Notes under the pieces: generated by a model
Database searches by the model: none
What the model was told of the DNA's origin: nothing
The model's input: only the letters and a program-made list of their open reading frames with translations
Source: Chrysemys picta bellii
Lineage: Eukaryota
Direction: 5' to 3'
NCBI RefSeq assembly: GCF_011386835.1
Contig: NC_088798.1
Span: 73,594,001 to 73,658,000, forward strand
Length of the DNA stretch: 64,000 bases
Translations under genes and position numbers: made by a program
Part shown: in pieces, positions 10,126-22,300 of the stretch
Numbering within the stretch: the stretch's first letter is position 1
Layout of the letters: every line of letters begins with the position of its first letter

Positions 10126-13002
10126 TGCCACCCCTCGGGGCACACGGAGCTGCCTGCAGATGCCACAGGGCGGCCACTCCCCCAGCACCGCAGCTGGGGC
10201 TGGGCGAAGTGGCCCGAGCCGCCCAGGGACTGCGGCAGGGCGGCCAGAAGCAGCAGCGGGGCCAAAGAGGGCGGTGCGCTGCTGTGCGGGCTCGCGTCCC
10301 ACTCTCCGGGGCTCTGCTCTCTCTGGGGCTACCCTGCCCTGGCTCCTCAGCCCCCTGCCAGGGTGGTCCCCCAGCTCTGCCCTCCCGGGTCCCGGCCGGT
10401 CCTGGAGGCGGGAGCCCTGGCTGGAGGGACCCTGGGCTGAGGCGCGGCCTGGGAGCCCCACTGCTTATCCCGACCCTGCCAGTGCTGAACCGGCTGGAGG
10501 CGAGGGGGGAGTGGGCGGAGTCAGCACTGGTGGGGGGGAGCCCAGGGCTAGGGTGGCAGGGGGGTGCGGGTGGGGTGGGGGTGAGAGCCCAGGGGTGGGG
10601 TGGGGTGGCAGCCAAATTTTTTTTTGCTTGGGGTGGCAAAAAACCTAGAGCCAGCCCTGATTACAAAGCTTATAATCTACTGAGTGTGATCATCCTATTT
10701 GTATAAATATACCACTCTTGTATCTGAAACAAAAATATGAAATATAACTCTGAGAGCCTATTGTAATTATGCAAAGTGTGGCCCATTAATGGTGGTTTGG
10801 AATCTTGATGACTCCCATTAACCAGGACAATTGACTGCAGATGGCTCTGTTTTACCTGTAAGTCTTCCTGTACACATGTGTGCTGGCAAGTGGGTAATGA
10901 AATCTTACAGTGACGTGATCATGTCACCTGAACTGGAATCCATCTTTAGACTGGTGCTTTTCCATTGGGGGGGGGCAGAGGGACAAAGGATTCCCACCTT
11001 ATGCAAAAGGTATATAAGTGAGTGGAACAGAGAAAATGGAGCAGCCATCATGAGGAATCCCCTAGCTACAACCTGAGCTGGAACAAGGGCTGTAGCAGGG
11101 GAAAGGATTGTGCCCAGATTAGGAAGGCATCCAGTCTGTGAAAGAAACATATTGAAACATCTTGAGGGTGAGATCTTATCTGTATTCAGTTTTTTACTGT
11201 ATTAGACATAGACATGCGTGTTTTATATTATTTTGCTTGGTAATTCACTTTGTTCCATCTGTTACTACTTGGAACCACTTAAATACTACTTTCTGTATTT
11301 AATAAAATCACTTTTTACTTATTAATTAACCCAGAGTATGTATTAATACCTGGGAGGGCTAAACAGCTGTGCATATCTCTCTATCAGTGTTATAGAGGGT
11401 GAACAATTTATGAGTTTACCCTGTGTAAGCTTTATACAGGATAAAACGGATTTATTTGGGTTTAGACCCCATTGGGAGTTGGGCATTTGAGTGTTAAAGA
11501 CAAGAACACTTCTGTAAGCTGCTTTCAGTTAAGTCTGCAGCTTTGGGGCAAGTAATTCAGACCCTGGGTCTGTGTTGGAGCAGACAGGGTGCTGGGGTCC
11601 CGAGCTGGCAGGGAAAGCAGGGGCAGAAGTAGTCTTGGCACATCAGTTGGCAGTTCCCAAGGGGATTTCTGTAATCCAACCCGTCGCAGGGGTTATACAC
11701 ATTCACTATGTTAGTATAGTTAAAGTGGTACAACTTGTGTGGGGACAAGGCCTTAGTGTTAGCTATAATAAAGAATGTAGATTCTGCTCTCAGGTACACT
11801 GACTTACTTCTCATTTTACACCCAAGTAATGAAAGCAGAATTTGGCCCAATGGACTCGCTTTAAAAGTCAAGCAATTATTTTTCCAACTCTCAGTGCACG
11901 GGTTATTTCATTGACTATTATGCCTTTCTTTTCGTGTACTGCCTCCAAGGCCTCTGCTGTCTACAGAGACAGGCAGCCATTAGTGTTTAGGTGCCTAACT
12001 CCCATAGAAATTGATGAAGCTAGGCATCTGGTACCGTAGAGGATCTGGGCTGGCACATACAGCTCAGGGCAGTGTGTCCTAGAGGGGGACAGGGACACAC
12101 CCGGGGGGTGGAGGGCTCTCTCGTGGGACTTTACTTTGTACTTCCTTGTTATTGATTAACCTAAAATAAAAGCAGTCCAGACTGAAAGTGGATGGCTGCT
12201 CTCTGCATGTGGAAGAATGGAATCCAGCTGCACTGACTCCAAAAGCCCCCTGTTCCTCTGCTGCTTACAGTGCCCCTGGGAGGGAAGAGTTTGCAGCTGA
12301 AATGGAGCTAGCAGTGTCACTGATAATGCACGAGAAGGATAGACTTCTGCTCTCTCTCCCAAAGCTGCTGTGGCTCTTAGAGGGTAAATAGCAGTGAGAC
12401 TTGAGTGGCTGGGCCTGAGATGCCTAGGGAGCAGATCCGTGGAGTGGGAAGGTGCCAGTTTTACATAGTCCCTTTTTCCCATAGCCCCATTGTACATGAA
12501 GGTCACATGCCAAACCTAGCATTAATAATAAATGAGTGCTGGATTAAGGTTATTTGCCTCTTACTGCTGCCATAGAAAACGGGTTGTAATAACATCACTA
12601 GTGACTGCTTTAACTGGATTGACAGGCTCCAGTGTCTGAGTTGCTGCAGCATTCTCTGCTAAAAGCCTCACAATCATTGGGATACATTTCAGCAACATAA
12701 GAATGGCAGTACTGGGTCAGACAGCCCAATAGCCTGTCTTCCGACCAGGGCCGGCTCTAGGTTTTTTGCTGCCCCAAACAAAAAAAAAATGTTGGCTGCC
12801 CCCTTCTCCCCCCCGCACCCTCCTGCCGCCCCAGCCCTGGATCACTGGTAACTCGCTCCCAGGGCGGGTCATTCAGTAGGAATTTTGGATGTGCACAGAA
12901 CACAGACAGGATTGGTTCCCATATGGTTACAGAACTGCAATAAAGTGGAACAATTTTCAGCTTGTGTGACTGAAGGCTATCTGGATGCATATTATAAGAC
13001 TG

Positions 13003-13824
13003 GTTTCAGAGTAGCAGCCGTGTTAGTCTGTATCCGCAAAAAGAAGAACAGGAGTACTTGTGGCACCTTAGAGACTAACAAATTTATTAGAGCATAAGCT
13101 TTCGTGGACTACAGCCCACTTCTTCGGATGCATATAGAATGGAACATATATTGAGGAGATATATATACACACATACAGAGAGCATAAACAGGTGGGAGTT
13201 GTCTTACCAACTCTGAGAGGCCAATTAATTAAGAGAAAAAAAACTTTTGAAGTGATAATCAAGATAGCCCAGTACAGACAGTTTGATAAGAAGTGTGAGC
13301 ATACTTACAAGGGGAGATAGAATCAATGTTTGTAATGGCTCAGCCATTCCCAGTCCTTATTCAAACCGGAGTTGATTGTGTCTAGTTTGCATATCAATTC
13401 TAGCTCAGCAGTCTCTCGTTGGAGTCTGTTTTTGAAGTTTTTCTGTTGTAATATAGTTTTTTTGCTTCAGGACCAGACTCCAAAGAGAAACTGCTGAGCT
13501 CCAGTTCATTTGCAAATTTGACACCATCAGATCAGGATTAAACAAAGACTGTGAATGGCTATCCAACTACAGAAACAGTTTCTCCTCCCTTGGTGTTCAC
13601 ACCTCAACTGCTAGCAGAGCACCTCACCCTCCCTGATTGAACTAACCTCGTTATCTCCACACTGATATATACCTGCCTCTGGAGATTTCCATTACTTGCA
13701 TCTGAAGAAGTGAGGTTCTTACCCACGAAAGCTTATGCTCCCAGTACTTCTGTTAGTCTCAAAGGTGCCACAGGACCCTCTGTTGCTTTTTACAGATTCA
13801 GACTAACACGGCTACCCCTCTGAT
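13003..13824. mobile_element. Penelope-like retroelement fragments, two 3' ends in opposite orientation
   Basis: Minus strand about 13330-13455 encodes ILQQKNFKNRLQRETAELELICKLDTINSGLNKDWEWLSHY. Plus strand about 13475-13570 encodes RLQRETAELQFICKFDTIRSGLNKDCEWLSNY. Both outer ends carry the CAGAG...GCCGTGTTAGTCTG / GTGGCACCTT..AGACTAACA terminal motif. Confidence 0.75.
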
Positions 13825-13981
13825 AGTATTCAAAGTGTGGGCATACCATGGATTTATATAGTGACATTATGATATTTTCTGTCTTATTATCTATCACTTT
13901 CCTAATGGTTCCTGTTAGCTTTTTTGACTACCACTGCACATTAAGCAGATGTTTTCAAGAACTAGCTACAATGACTCCAAG

Positions 13982-14163
13982 ATTCATAGAATGCCAAGGT
14001 TGGAAGGGACCGAAGGAGGTCATCTAGTCTAATCCCCTTCTCAAAGCAGGATCAATCCCCAGACAGATTTTTGCCCCAGATCCCTAAATGGCCCCCTCAA
14101 GGTTTGAGCTCACAACCCTGGTTTTAGTAGGCCAATGCTCAAACCACTGAGCTATCCCTCCCC
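13982..14163 (-). mobile_element. Full-length tortoise-type tRNA-derived SINE
   Basis: The minus strand reads GGGGAGGGATAGCTCAGTGGTTTGAGCATTGGCC...GTTGTGAGCTCAAACC (A and B boxes), followed by a CR1-like tail ending TTCTATGAATC. Confidence 0.85.
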
Positions 14164-17160
14164 GTTTCTTGAGTGATGACAGCTAGTTTAGACCCCATTG
14201 TTTTGTATGTATAGTTGGGATTATTTTTTCTAGTGTGCATTACTTTGCACTTAGTAACAGTGAATTTCATCTGCCATTTTTTTACCCAGTCACTTTGTTT
14301 TGTGAGATCCCTTTGTAACTCTTCACAGTCAGTTTTGGACTCAGCTGTGTTGAGTAATTTTGTATCATTTTCAAACTTTGCCACCTCACAGTTTACCCCT
14401 GTTTCCAGATCATTTATGAATATGTTGAACAGAATTGGTCCCCGTACAAATCCTTGGGGGAACCCCACTATTTATCACTCTCCATTGTGAAAACTGACAA
14501 TTTATTCCTACCCTTTGTTCCCTGTCTTTTAACCAGTTACTGATTCATGAGACGACCTTCCCTCTTATCCTATGACTCCTTACTTTGGTGTGGGACCTTG
14601 ACAAGGCTTTCTGAAAATCCAAATACACAATATCAGCTGGATCACCTATGTCTATGTTTGTTGACCCCCTTAAATAATTCTAATAGATTGGTGAGGCATG
14701 ATTTCCCCTTACAAAAGCTGTATTGACTCTTCCCCAACATATTGTGTTCATCTATGTGTTGTATGATTCTGTTCATTATTAATCAGTAATTAATTGATAT
14801 AAATCCATATCAATAATTGAATTATTCATTCAATCAGTTTGCCTGGTACTGAAGTTAGGCTTACCGGCCTGTAATTGCCAGGATTGCCTCTGTAGCCTTT
14901 TTTAAAAATGGGTGTTATGAGTGTTAGCTATCCTTCAATCATCTGGTACAGAGGCTGATTTAAGCAATAGGCTACATACTACTTGTAATAGTTCTCCAAT
15001 TATATATTTCAATTCCTTCTTGGGACCATCTACTCCTAGTACGCCTTATTGTTTAATTTATCAATTTATTCCAAAACCTCCTCTATAGATACCTCAATCT
15101 GGGACAGTTCCTCAGATTTGTCATCTAAAAAGAATGGCTTAGGTATGGGACTCTCCCTCACATCCTCTGCAGTGAAGACCAATGCAGAGAATTCATTTAG
15201 CTTCTCTGCATAGCTATGTCTTCTTTGAGTGATCCTTTAGCACCTTAATCAGCCCCACTGATTGTTGGGCAGACTTTCTGTTTCTAATGTACTTTAAAAA
15301 TTTGCTGTTAGTTTTTGTGTCTTTTGCTAGTTGCTTGTCACATCCTTTTTGTTTTTGTTTTGTTTTTTGGCCTGCCTAATTATAGTTTCACATGTGACTC
15401 GCCAGCGTTTATGTTCCTTTCTATTTTTCTCGGTAGGGTTTGACATCCAGTTTTTAAAGGATGCCTTTTTGTCTAACTGTCTCTTTTACTCTGCTCTTTA
15501 GCCATGATGGATCTTTTTGGCCCTCTTACTGTTTATTTAGGTGGCAGGGGATATATTTAGTCTGAGCCTCTATTATGGTGTTTTTAAATAATTTCCATGC
15601 AGCTTTTAAGGCATTTCACTCTTGTGACTGTTCCTTTTAATTTCCATTTAATTAGTTTCCTCATTTTTGTGTAGTTCTCCTTTTTGAAGTTAAAAGCTAC
15701 TGTCATGGGTTTCTTTGGTATTTCCCTCCCTACAAGGATGTTAAATTTAATTACATTATAGTCTCTAATACCAAGCAGTTCTTGGACCAGATCCTGTGCT
15801 CCATGTAGGATTAAATTAAGAATTGTCTCTCCCTTTGTGGGTTCCAGGACTAGCTGCTCCAAGAAGCAGTCATTAATGGTGTCTAGAAATGTTATCTCTG
15901 CATCCCATCCTGAGGTGACATCTACCAGGTCAATATGGGGATAGTTGAAATCCCCCATTATTATTGGGTATTCTGTTTTTGTAGCCTCTCTAATCTCCCT
16001 GAGCATTTCACAGTCACTATCACCATCCTGGTCAGGTGATCGGTAGTATATCCCTACTGCTATATTCTTATTATTGAAGCTTGGAATTTCTATCCATAGA
16101 GATGCTGTGGTACAGTTTGATTCATTTAAGATTTTTACTTTATTTGACTTTATGCTTTCTTCCACATACAGTGCCATTCCCCCAGCAGCATGACTACTCT
16201 ATTTTTCCAGTAAGTTTTATGGTGTCCCATTGGTTATCATCATTCCACCAAGTTTCTGTCATGCCTACTATATCAATATCCTCATTTAATACCAGGCACT
16301 AAAGTTCACCCAGTTTAGTATTTAGACGCCTTGCATTTGTAAACAAGCACTTATAAAATTTATCAGTATTTAGTTGTCTGCCTTCCTGTGATGTAATTGA
16401 ATGGGACTCCTTTTCATTTGACTGTTACTCTTCAGTTTCTTCCTGTACTTTATCTACTTCTATCCTCTCCTCATGACTAGGATATAGAGTATCCCCTTTA
16501 ATAAACCCTCCTGTAAGAGATGTCTCTGTCCGAAATGTGTGCTCCTTCTCACTTGTCAGCTTCCCCCCAGCCCTTAATTTAAAAACATGCCAGCAATCTG
16601 GTTCCATTTTGGTTTAGGTGGAGCCCATCCTTCCTGTCTGAGCTCCTCCTTTCACAAAAGATTCCCCAGTTCCTAATAAACCTAAATTCCTCCTCCCAAC
16701 ACCATCATCTCATCCACCTATTGAGTTCCTCTCTGCAGTTCTGCTTGTCTAACTGCCTCTAGATGTGGAACTGGAAGCATTTCAGAGAATGCTGCCGTGG
16801 AGGTCCTGGACTTTAATCTCTTACCTATCAGTCTGAATTTAGCCTCCAGGACCTCTCTCCTACCTTTCCCTATGTCACTGGTACCTACATGTACCCCAAC
16901 CACCAGCTTCTCCCCAGCACTGCAAACAAGTTTATTTTGATGTCTCAAGAGGTCCACAACCTTCGCACCTGACAGGCTTCTCCTGGTCATCTCCTGGGCA
17001 CTATGCAGTTCTCCTAGTCATCACAAACCCAACTATCTATATTTCTAATAATTGAATCCCCCACTATTATTACCTGTCTCTTCCTAATAACAGGGGTTCC
17101 CTCCCAATTGAGTGGTATCCTCAGTGTGAGAGGATACTGTAACATCATCTAGAAGGAGGA
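14164..17160 (-). mobile_element. Old, degenerate CR1 LINE with ORF1, endonuclease and RT remnants
   Basis: Broken frames give esterase-like ORF1 (VHVGTSDIG, 16718-16990), APE (YYRSP, MGDFNYP, 15584-16177) and RT (PQGFVRGPILFNIFINDL..KFENDTKL, 14139-14468), with many stops and frameshifts. Confidence 0.85.
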
Positions 17161-17169
17161 CACCATCTA

Positions 17170-18195
17170 GCATGTGGAATAAGGGAAATAAGCAGGAAGC
17201 ACTCAAAATGCTAGTAAATAAACACAACTATGACATAGTTGGCATCATAGAGACCTGGTGGGATAATACACGACTGGAATATTGGTATAGAAGGGTACAG
17301 TTTGCTCAGGAAGGATTGGCAGGGAAAAAAGGGAGGAGGTGTTGCCTTATATATTAAAATGTATACACTTGGACTGAGATTGACATGATAACAGTTTTCA
17401 AGTATGTAAAAGGTACAAGGAGGAGGAAGAAAAATTGTTTTTCTTAACCTCTGAGGATAGGACAAGATGCAATGGGCTTAAATTGTAGCAAGGGAGGTTT
17501 AGGTTGAACATTAGGAAAAACTTCCTAACTGTCAGCATGGTTAAGCACTGGAATAAATTGCCTAGGCAGATTGTGGAATCTCCATCATTGGAGATTTTTA
17601 AGACCCCTAACCCTAACCCTAAGGTTACACAAACACCTGTCAGGAATGGTCTAGATCAGGGCTGGGCAAACTTTTTGGGCCGAGGGCCACATCTGGGTGC
17701 GGAAATTGTATGCAGGGCCAGGGCAGGGGGTTGGGGTGCGGGAGGGAGTGTGGAGTGTGGGAGGGGTGCGGTGTGCAGGAAGGGGCTCAGGGCAAGGGAT
17801 TGGGGCAGAGGACGGGTGCGTGGTGTATGAGGGGGCTCAGGGAAGGGGGTTGGGATGCAGGAGGGGTGCGGGGTGCGGCAGGGGGCTCAGGGCAAGGGGT
17901 TGGGATGCAGGAGGGGTGCGGGGTGTATGAGGGGGCTCAGGGCAACACATGGAGCCCTCTGCCACTCCGCCCGGGGGCTGCAGGGACCTGGTGCCGGCCG
18001 CTTCTGAGAGCGGCGTGGGGCCCACAGTGCCACGGGGGGCAATCCCGCAGGCCGGATCCAAAGCCCTGAGGGGCCAGATCCAGCCTGCAGGCCATAATTT
18101 GCCCACCCCTGGTCTAGATAATTAGTCTTGTCATGAGTGCAGGGGACTGGACTAGATGACCTCTCGAGGTCCCTTCCAGTCCTATGATTCTATGT
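17170..18195 (+). mobile_element. Internally deleted CR1 fragment interrupted by a MITE
   Basis: The ORF2 N-terminus (NYDIVGIIETWWD) is joined near 17381 to the ORF2 C-terminus (NIRKNFLTV..VKHWNKLP). 3' tail GGTCCCTTCCAGTCCTATGATTCTATG at about 18169-18195. Confidence 0.85.
17657..18111. mobile_element. Non-autonomous hAT-type MITE with an internal G-rich minisatellite (about 48-nt units)
   Basis: TIRs CAGGGCTGGGCAAA / TTTGCCCACCCCTG. Exact 8-bp TSD GTCTAGAT at 17649-17656 and 18112-18119. Confidence 0.88.
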
Positions 18196-19326
18196 CTGGT
18201 GATCATCAATTCTTTTAAAATGAAGTATTTCCTGATCATTGATTTATTAATGCTCATTAGCATCTGTAGCCATGGGCCCTGCTCTGGGCTGTGCTCTGCT
18301 GTTACAGAGCCAAGTATTTGTGGTTTATTTTTGGTGTTATACTGAAGGGCACTCAAGTAAGGTCACGTGGTTGCTGTGAGACCCCAGGACACTCAGACAA
18401 GGGAGGTATGTGTTTCAGGGGGCTTTCCTAGGAGCAACAAACTAATGGAATGCAACTGATGCTATGATCCTTGGAGGAGCTGCTCAGGGTGTGCAGAGGG
18501 GATTTGCTAGAGCATAGTCTGTCTCTTGTTTAGATTGTAAACTCTTCCAGGCAAGACTATCTCTTTGGTACAGTTTGTACAGTGTCTAGCATGGTGGAGT
18601 GCTGATCCAGGGCTGGGGACCCAGGACACTCTAGTGAGGCAAATGAATAACAGTAAAAATAAAAAGGAGGGTGGGTCATTAATTAATGAGGTTTGGAGAC
18701 GATGAGGTTTCTCCAGAGACTTTCACATTTAAGCCATCAGTTTGAATCCAGCCCAGTTCGGTAGTGACCAGAAGTCATTGCATGGGGCCAGGGGAATGTG
18801 AAAGGGGTTGGGGGTGCCAATGGAGAGATGCCTGTTGTTACTGGCCGTCTGTTGGCTGTCACAGCAGGGGCCAAGCACTGAAATGAGCTGTGAAGTCTGA
18901 AGTCCCCTCTCAGCCCTAGAAGTTGCCCCGCAGGGCTGGTTTGAGGCACCTCCGGGGGCCAGTGTGGGAGAAGATTGCTCTGCTGTTGCCCTATTGACGG
19001 TGCTGCAGCCATACAAGCAGATGACTTCAGCTGTCCGAGTGCTGCGGGGGAGGCATTGAAGGAACCGCCCTTGTGCCCGCAACCCCAGCTCTGCCCTTGA
19101 AGCTGGGGCGCTGCTCTCCCCAGCTCTGTCCACACCTGCTGCTTGTGTTCAACTGGCGCAGACCCCTCCCCCCACCTGCAGCCTACACCTACCTCTGCTC
19201 CCCTGAGGAGCATCAGGACAGGCTAGCCAGACAGATTAAAAATGCATGGTAACTTCATCTCCCTGTCCCCCCGCCCTTCCGTGAAAAAGATGCTCACCAT
19301 CTGGAGAGTGCAGTAGAGTGTTGGCT

Positions 19327-22300
19327 ATGGACGCTGGGCAGGTGAGTGCTGCTGGGGTTAGCTGAGGGACCCAGAGTGGGGAGGTCTGGGAGAGGCGGCT
19401 CCCTCATTGCACATTGTCCTGTTTCTGTCCCTTTTGTCCAGCTTTGACACCTGATCTGTTGCTTCCAGCTCCTCTTGGGCTGGTGGTGAGCGGGAGCCAG
19501 GTGCTCTCTGGAACTGGCTGGTGCACTAGGAGCCAGGGAACTGGCTTCACCCTGTGCTTCTCCTTCAGTTCCCTAGCAGTCTGCTCCTGGAAGTGCTGGG
19601 CCTGGGGCAGAAGCCCTTACCTCTCTATGGTGTGCTTTCTTCCAGGCCAAGCAGGAGGCATATGTGCGAGCAGCAGTGGGACTCCGACGCGCAGCAGGTA
19701 TAGTGCCCTGTGCAGCCAGCAGCAGGGGGAGTCTAGGGCATGAGTGTCTACAATTCATCAGGCCCCTTTGTGTAGTCTTGTCAGGGGATTGGCTCCTGCG
19801 TGGGAGTGGGGAGTGGTCTGGGAAGCCGATGACTGGTTCAAATCCAGCCCAGCCTGGTAGGCCCAGTTAAGCACCTAACTGCCCTTGAAATCAACGGGAG
19901 AGAAGCAGGTAAATCTCTCTGTGGAGCTGGACCCAAAAGCCAAGCCCATCCGCTGCTGCTGTGAAAGGAGCTGGGGTCTGTGTCCAGCTGGCATGGCCAG
20001 GCCCCCATGGTGACAATGGCAATAAGGCAGCTAGGCACGAAGAGCAGCCACAGGGAGATGCAGAGTTAGCTGGAGCGGGACATGATGAAGGGGGCACAGG
20101 GGGAGGAAGGAGATGGGCCTGGGGAGAAGTGGGCGAGCTGGCTCTGGGGGGCACTGCAGAATGAGGACACAACATCCCTTTGCTCTCTGAGCCACTAGTG
20201 CCTAAAGTGGAGCGAGAGTGGAGGCAGCAGGGTACTCGGGAGGCTGCACCCCACCTCTCCTCAGCCTGGGGCTCGGAGTGAAGGGCTGGCCAGGCTCAGG
20301 CTCCATGGGGGAGGTGCAGGAAGCTCAGGCCAGAACTTGGAAGCAGTTTTGTCAGTTCACAGCAAAGGGGAACTGCTGACAGGAGCGTCTGGTCCCCCAG
20401 CGCAACAGGAACCCGGAGACGGTTACACCCAGCATGCTGCAGCCAGCCGGGATCTCATTTCCTTTAGCAGCCAGTGTTCAGGCCTCTCCTCTGTGCCTGA
20501 GCCAGCAGCAAAGCCAGCTCATGTTTACACCACTGCAGGAAACCAGCTGGGCAGGGCCAGCAGCAGCAGGGCTCAGTGACCTTCCTCACCCCAGCCCTTC
20601 CCTGGCTGCAGGACCAGCCCGAGGAGAGGATGAGCTGAGATTAAACCCAAAGAGCTGCGGCTCCCCAGCGGGGACCAGGAGGAGGCCGATGCTCCCTGCG
20701 AAGGGGAATTGGGAAGGGGATGGAGGTCAGCCTGGGCTCAACAGGTGAAAGACTCATGGGCACATGTGCGCCAAAGTCCCAGTGCCTGGGGAATGGCAGG
20801 TTGGGTCAGGTCACTCTGCTCTCGCTCCTGTTTCCTGGCCCATTCCCATCTGGTGTGTGGCTTCATGTCCCTGCTGTCTAGGCCTTCCATGTGTGCCACA
20901 GGTGATGCTGCCAGGCCCAGGAGATCCAGTCTGCAGGTATTGTGTGGGGTGGCACATCCCAGTCCTCACTGCAGCTGGTTCCAGGGGAGTGGCCCCTGTG
21001 GACCAACTGGAGAGGATCAGGCCCCAGGGAGGAGGGTCTCCCATAGTTTATTTCTTGATCACATCCCTGATCCTGTGATCGTGCCCCTGGCCCCCCGGAC
21101 TGTGTGTAAATGGCCTGACCTGTCCCTTCACTTGGCGTTTCAGGCTCGGGGAAGCAGGAGAGTTTCCGGGTCGTGAATGAAGACTCCAGCCGGCTGATTT
21201 TCGTAGATAAGGCAGACAAGGACATTCAGGTAGGATTGGGTGGTGTCCGGGGCAGGGTCCTCACCCCAAGCTGGAGTGAGGAGGGAAGGTGCGGATGCTC
21301 ATGTAATGCCTGTGTCAGGAGTATGGCTGTATGCAGGGGCAGTGTTGGGCTGGCCCCTCCAGCCAGGCACAGGACGAAGCAACAGAGGCCTCACCTCAAG
21401 CAGCAAGAGTCATCCCACAGGGCACACCTGCTGTCTTACAAATCAGCCTTTGGGACTTGAGGGAATCCTGACCCATTGGGGTGGGGGGTGGGGGCTGAGT
21501 CCCAGGACTCTCTCACGGCCTGGCTTGGTGCAGCTCTCAGCCCCTCCCACGTAGCCCTCTCACTTAGCTCCCCTCAGACAGGGTCCGTCTCACCCGCAGC
21601 CCCACAGGAGCAAAGGGCAGCAGGTTCCTGCCTGCTCAGCCCCTGCCCTGGCAGGTAGGAATTGTGCCAAGGCCCCAGCTGTGGAACTGCTTCCCGCGGT
21701 GCAGTGCAACGCTGCCAACCCCTGGAACTTGGCCGCTACAATTCCTCCTGCACCCGGCCCGGGGGGATGAAATACAGCCCAGAGGTCCCTGTGGGATGGG
21801 AGAGCTCCGGGCTTGGGGGTGCTGGGGCTGGGTGAGAGGCAGGAAGGGCTAAGCGCTAACCCAGCTGCTGTGTCTTTCCAGGAGGGCTGCTTCACGTTCG
21901 ACGGCATCTTTAGTCTGGACACAGGGCAGGTACGGTGGGTTCTGCATGTCTGTGCTGGGAAGGGGAAAGGCCTGGGGCCTGCACCCCTCTCCTTAGACTC
22001 AGGGGCAGGCAGCACCCAGAGACTGATCTAGGAGCCAGACTGAGCCCTAGACTCCCCAAGCCCTGAGAACTGATCCATGTCTCTCACCAGAGCTCGGCCG
22101 TGTCCCCTGGATTATCCTGGCCCCCCAAACACGGGCGGCAAGGAATGGCTGCTAAGGTGCTTGTCACAACCCCCCTGATCAGCCTAAGGCCTCTGAGGGA
22201 ACCTTGAGATGCAGGGATAATGTGGAGCTTGGTCCAGTGCACTTGGAAATAGCCCAAGCAGCAGGGGTTCCCCTCCCCTTGGGACTAATCCCGAGCCCAG

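Larger units (their letters stand above)
8444..10659. mobile_element. Non-autonomous hAT-type DNA transposon carrying nested insertions
   Basis: TIRs CAGGGCCGGCTCTAGG / CCTAGAGCCAGCCCTG (1 mismatch). Exact 8-bp TSD ATTACAAA at 8436-8443 and 10660-10667. Confidence 0.88.
8350..11688 (+). mobile_element. Solo LTR (about 1.1 kb once the nested insertion is removed), split by a DNA transposon
   Basis: Starts TGTGATGTTGCACTC and ends ...CCGTCGCA. 5-bp TSD GGGGT at 8345-8349 and 11689-11693. Internal TATATAA near 11010 and AATAAA near 11301. Confidence 0.7.

Noticed and set aside
8364-10706. Many overlapping 130-324-aa Pro/Gly/Arg/Ala-rich ORFs on both strands
   Set aside because: They lie within TIR/TSD-bounded GC-rich transposons where stop codons are rare, and show no domain signal.
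20745-20936. Alternative candidate exons for the kinesin-like N-terminus (about 20745-20800 and 20902-20936)
   Set aside because: They either give phase conflicts or a poorer match to the kinesin beta1 region than exon 21144-21229. They are not excluded as minor alternative exons.
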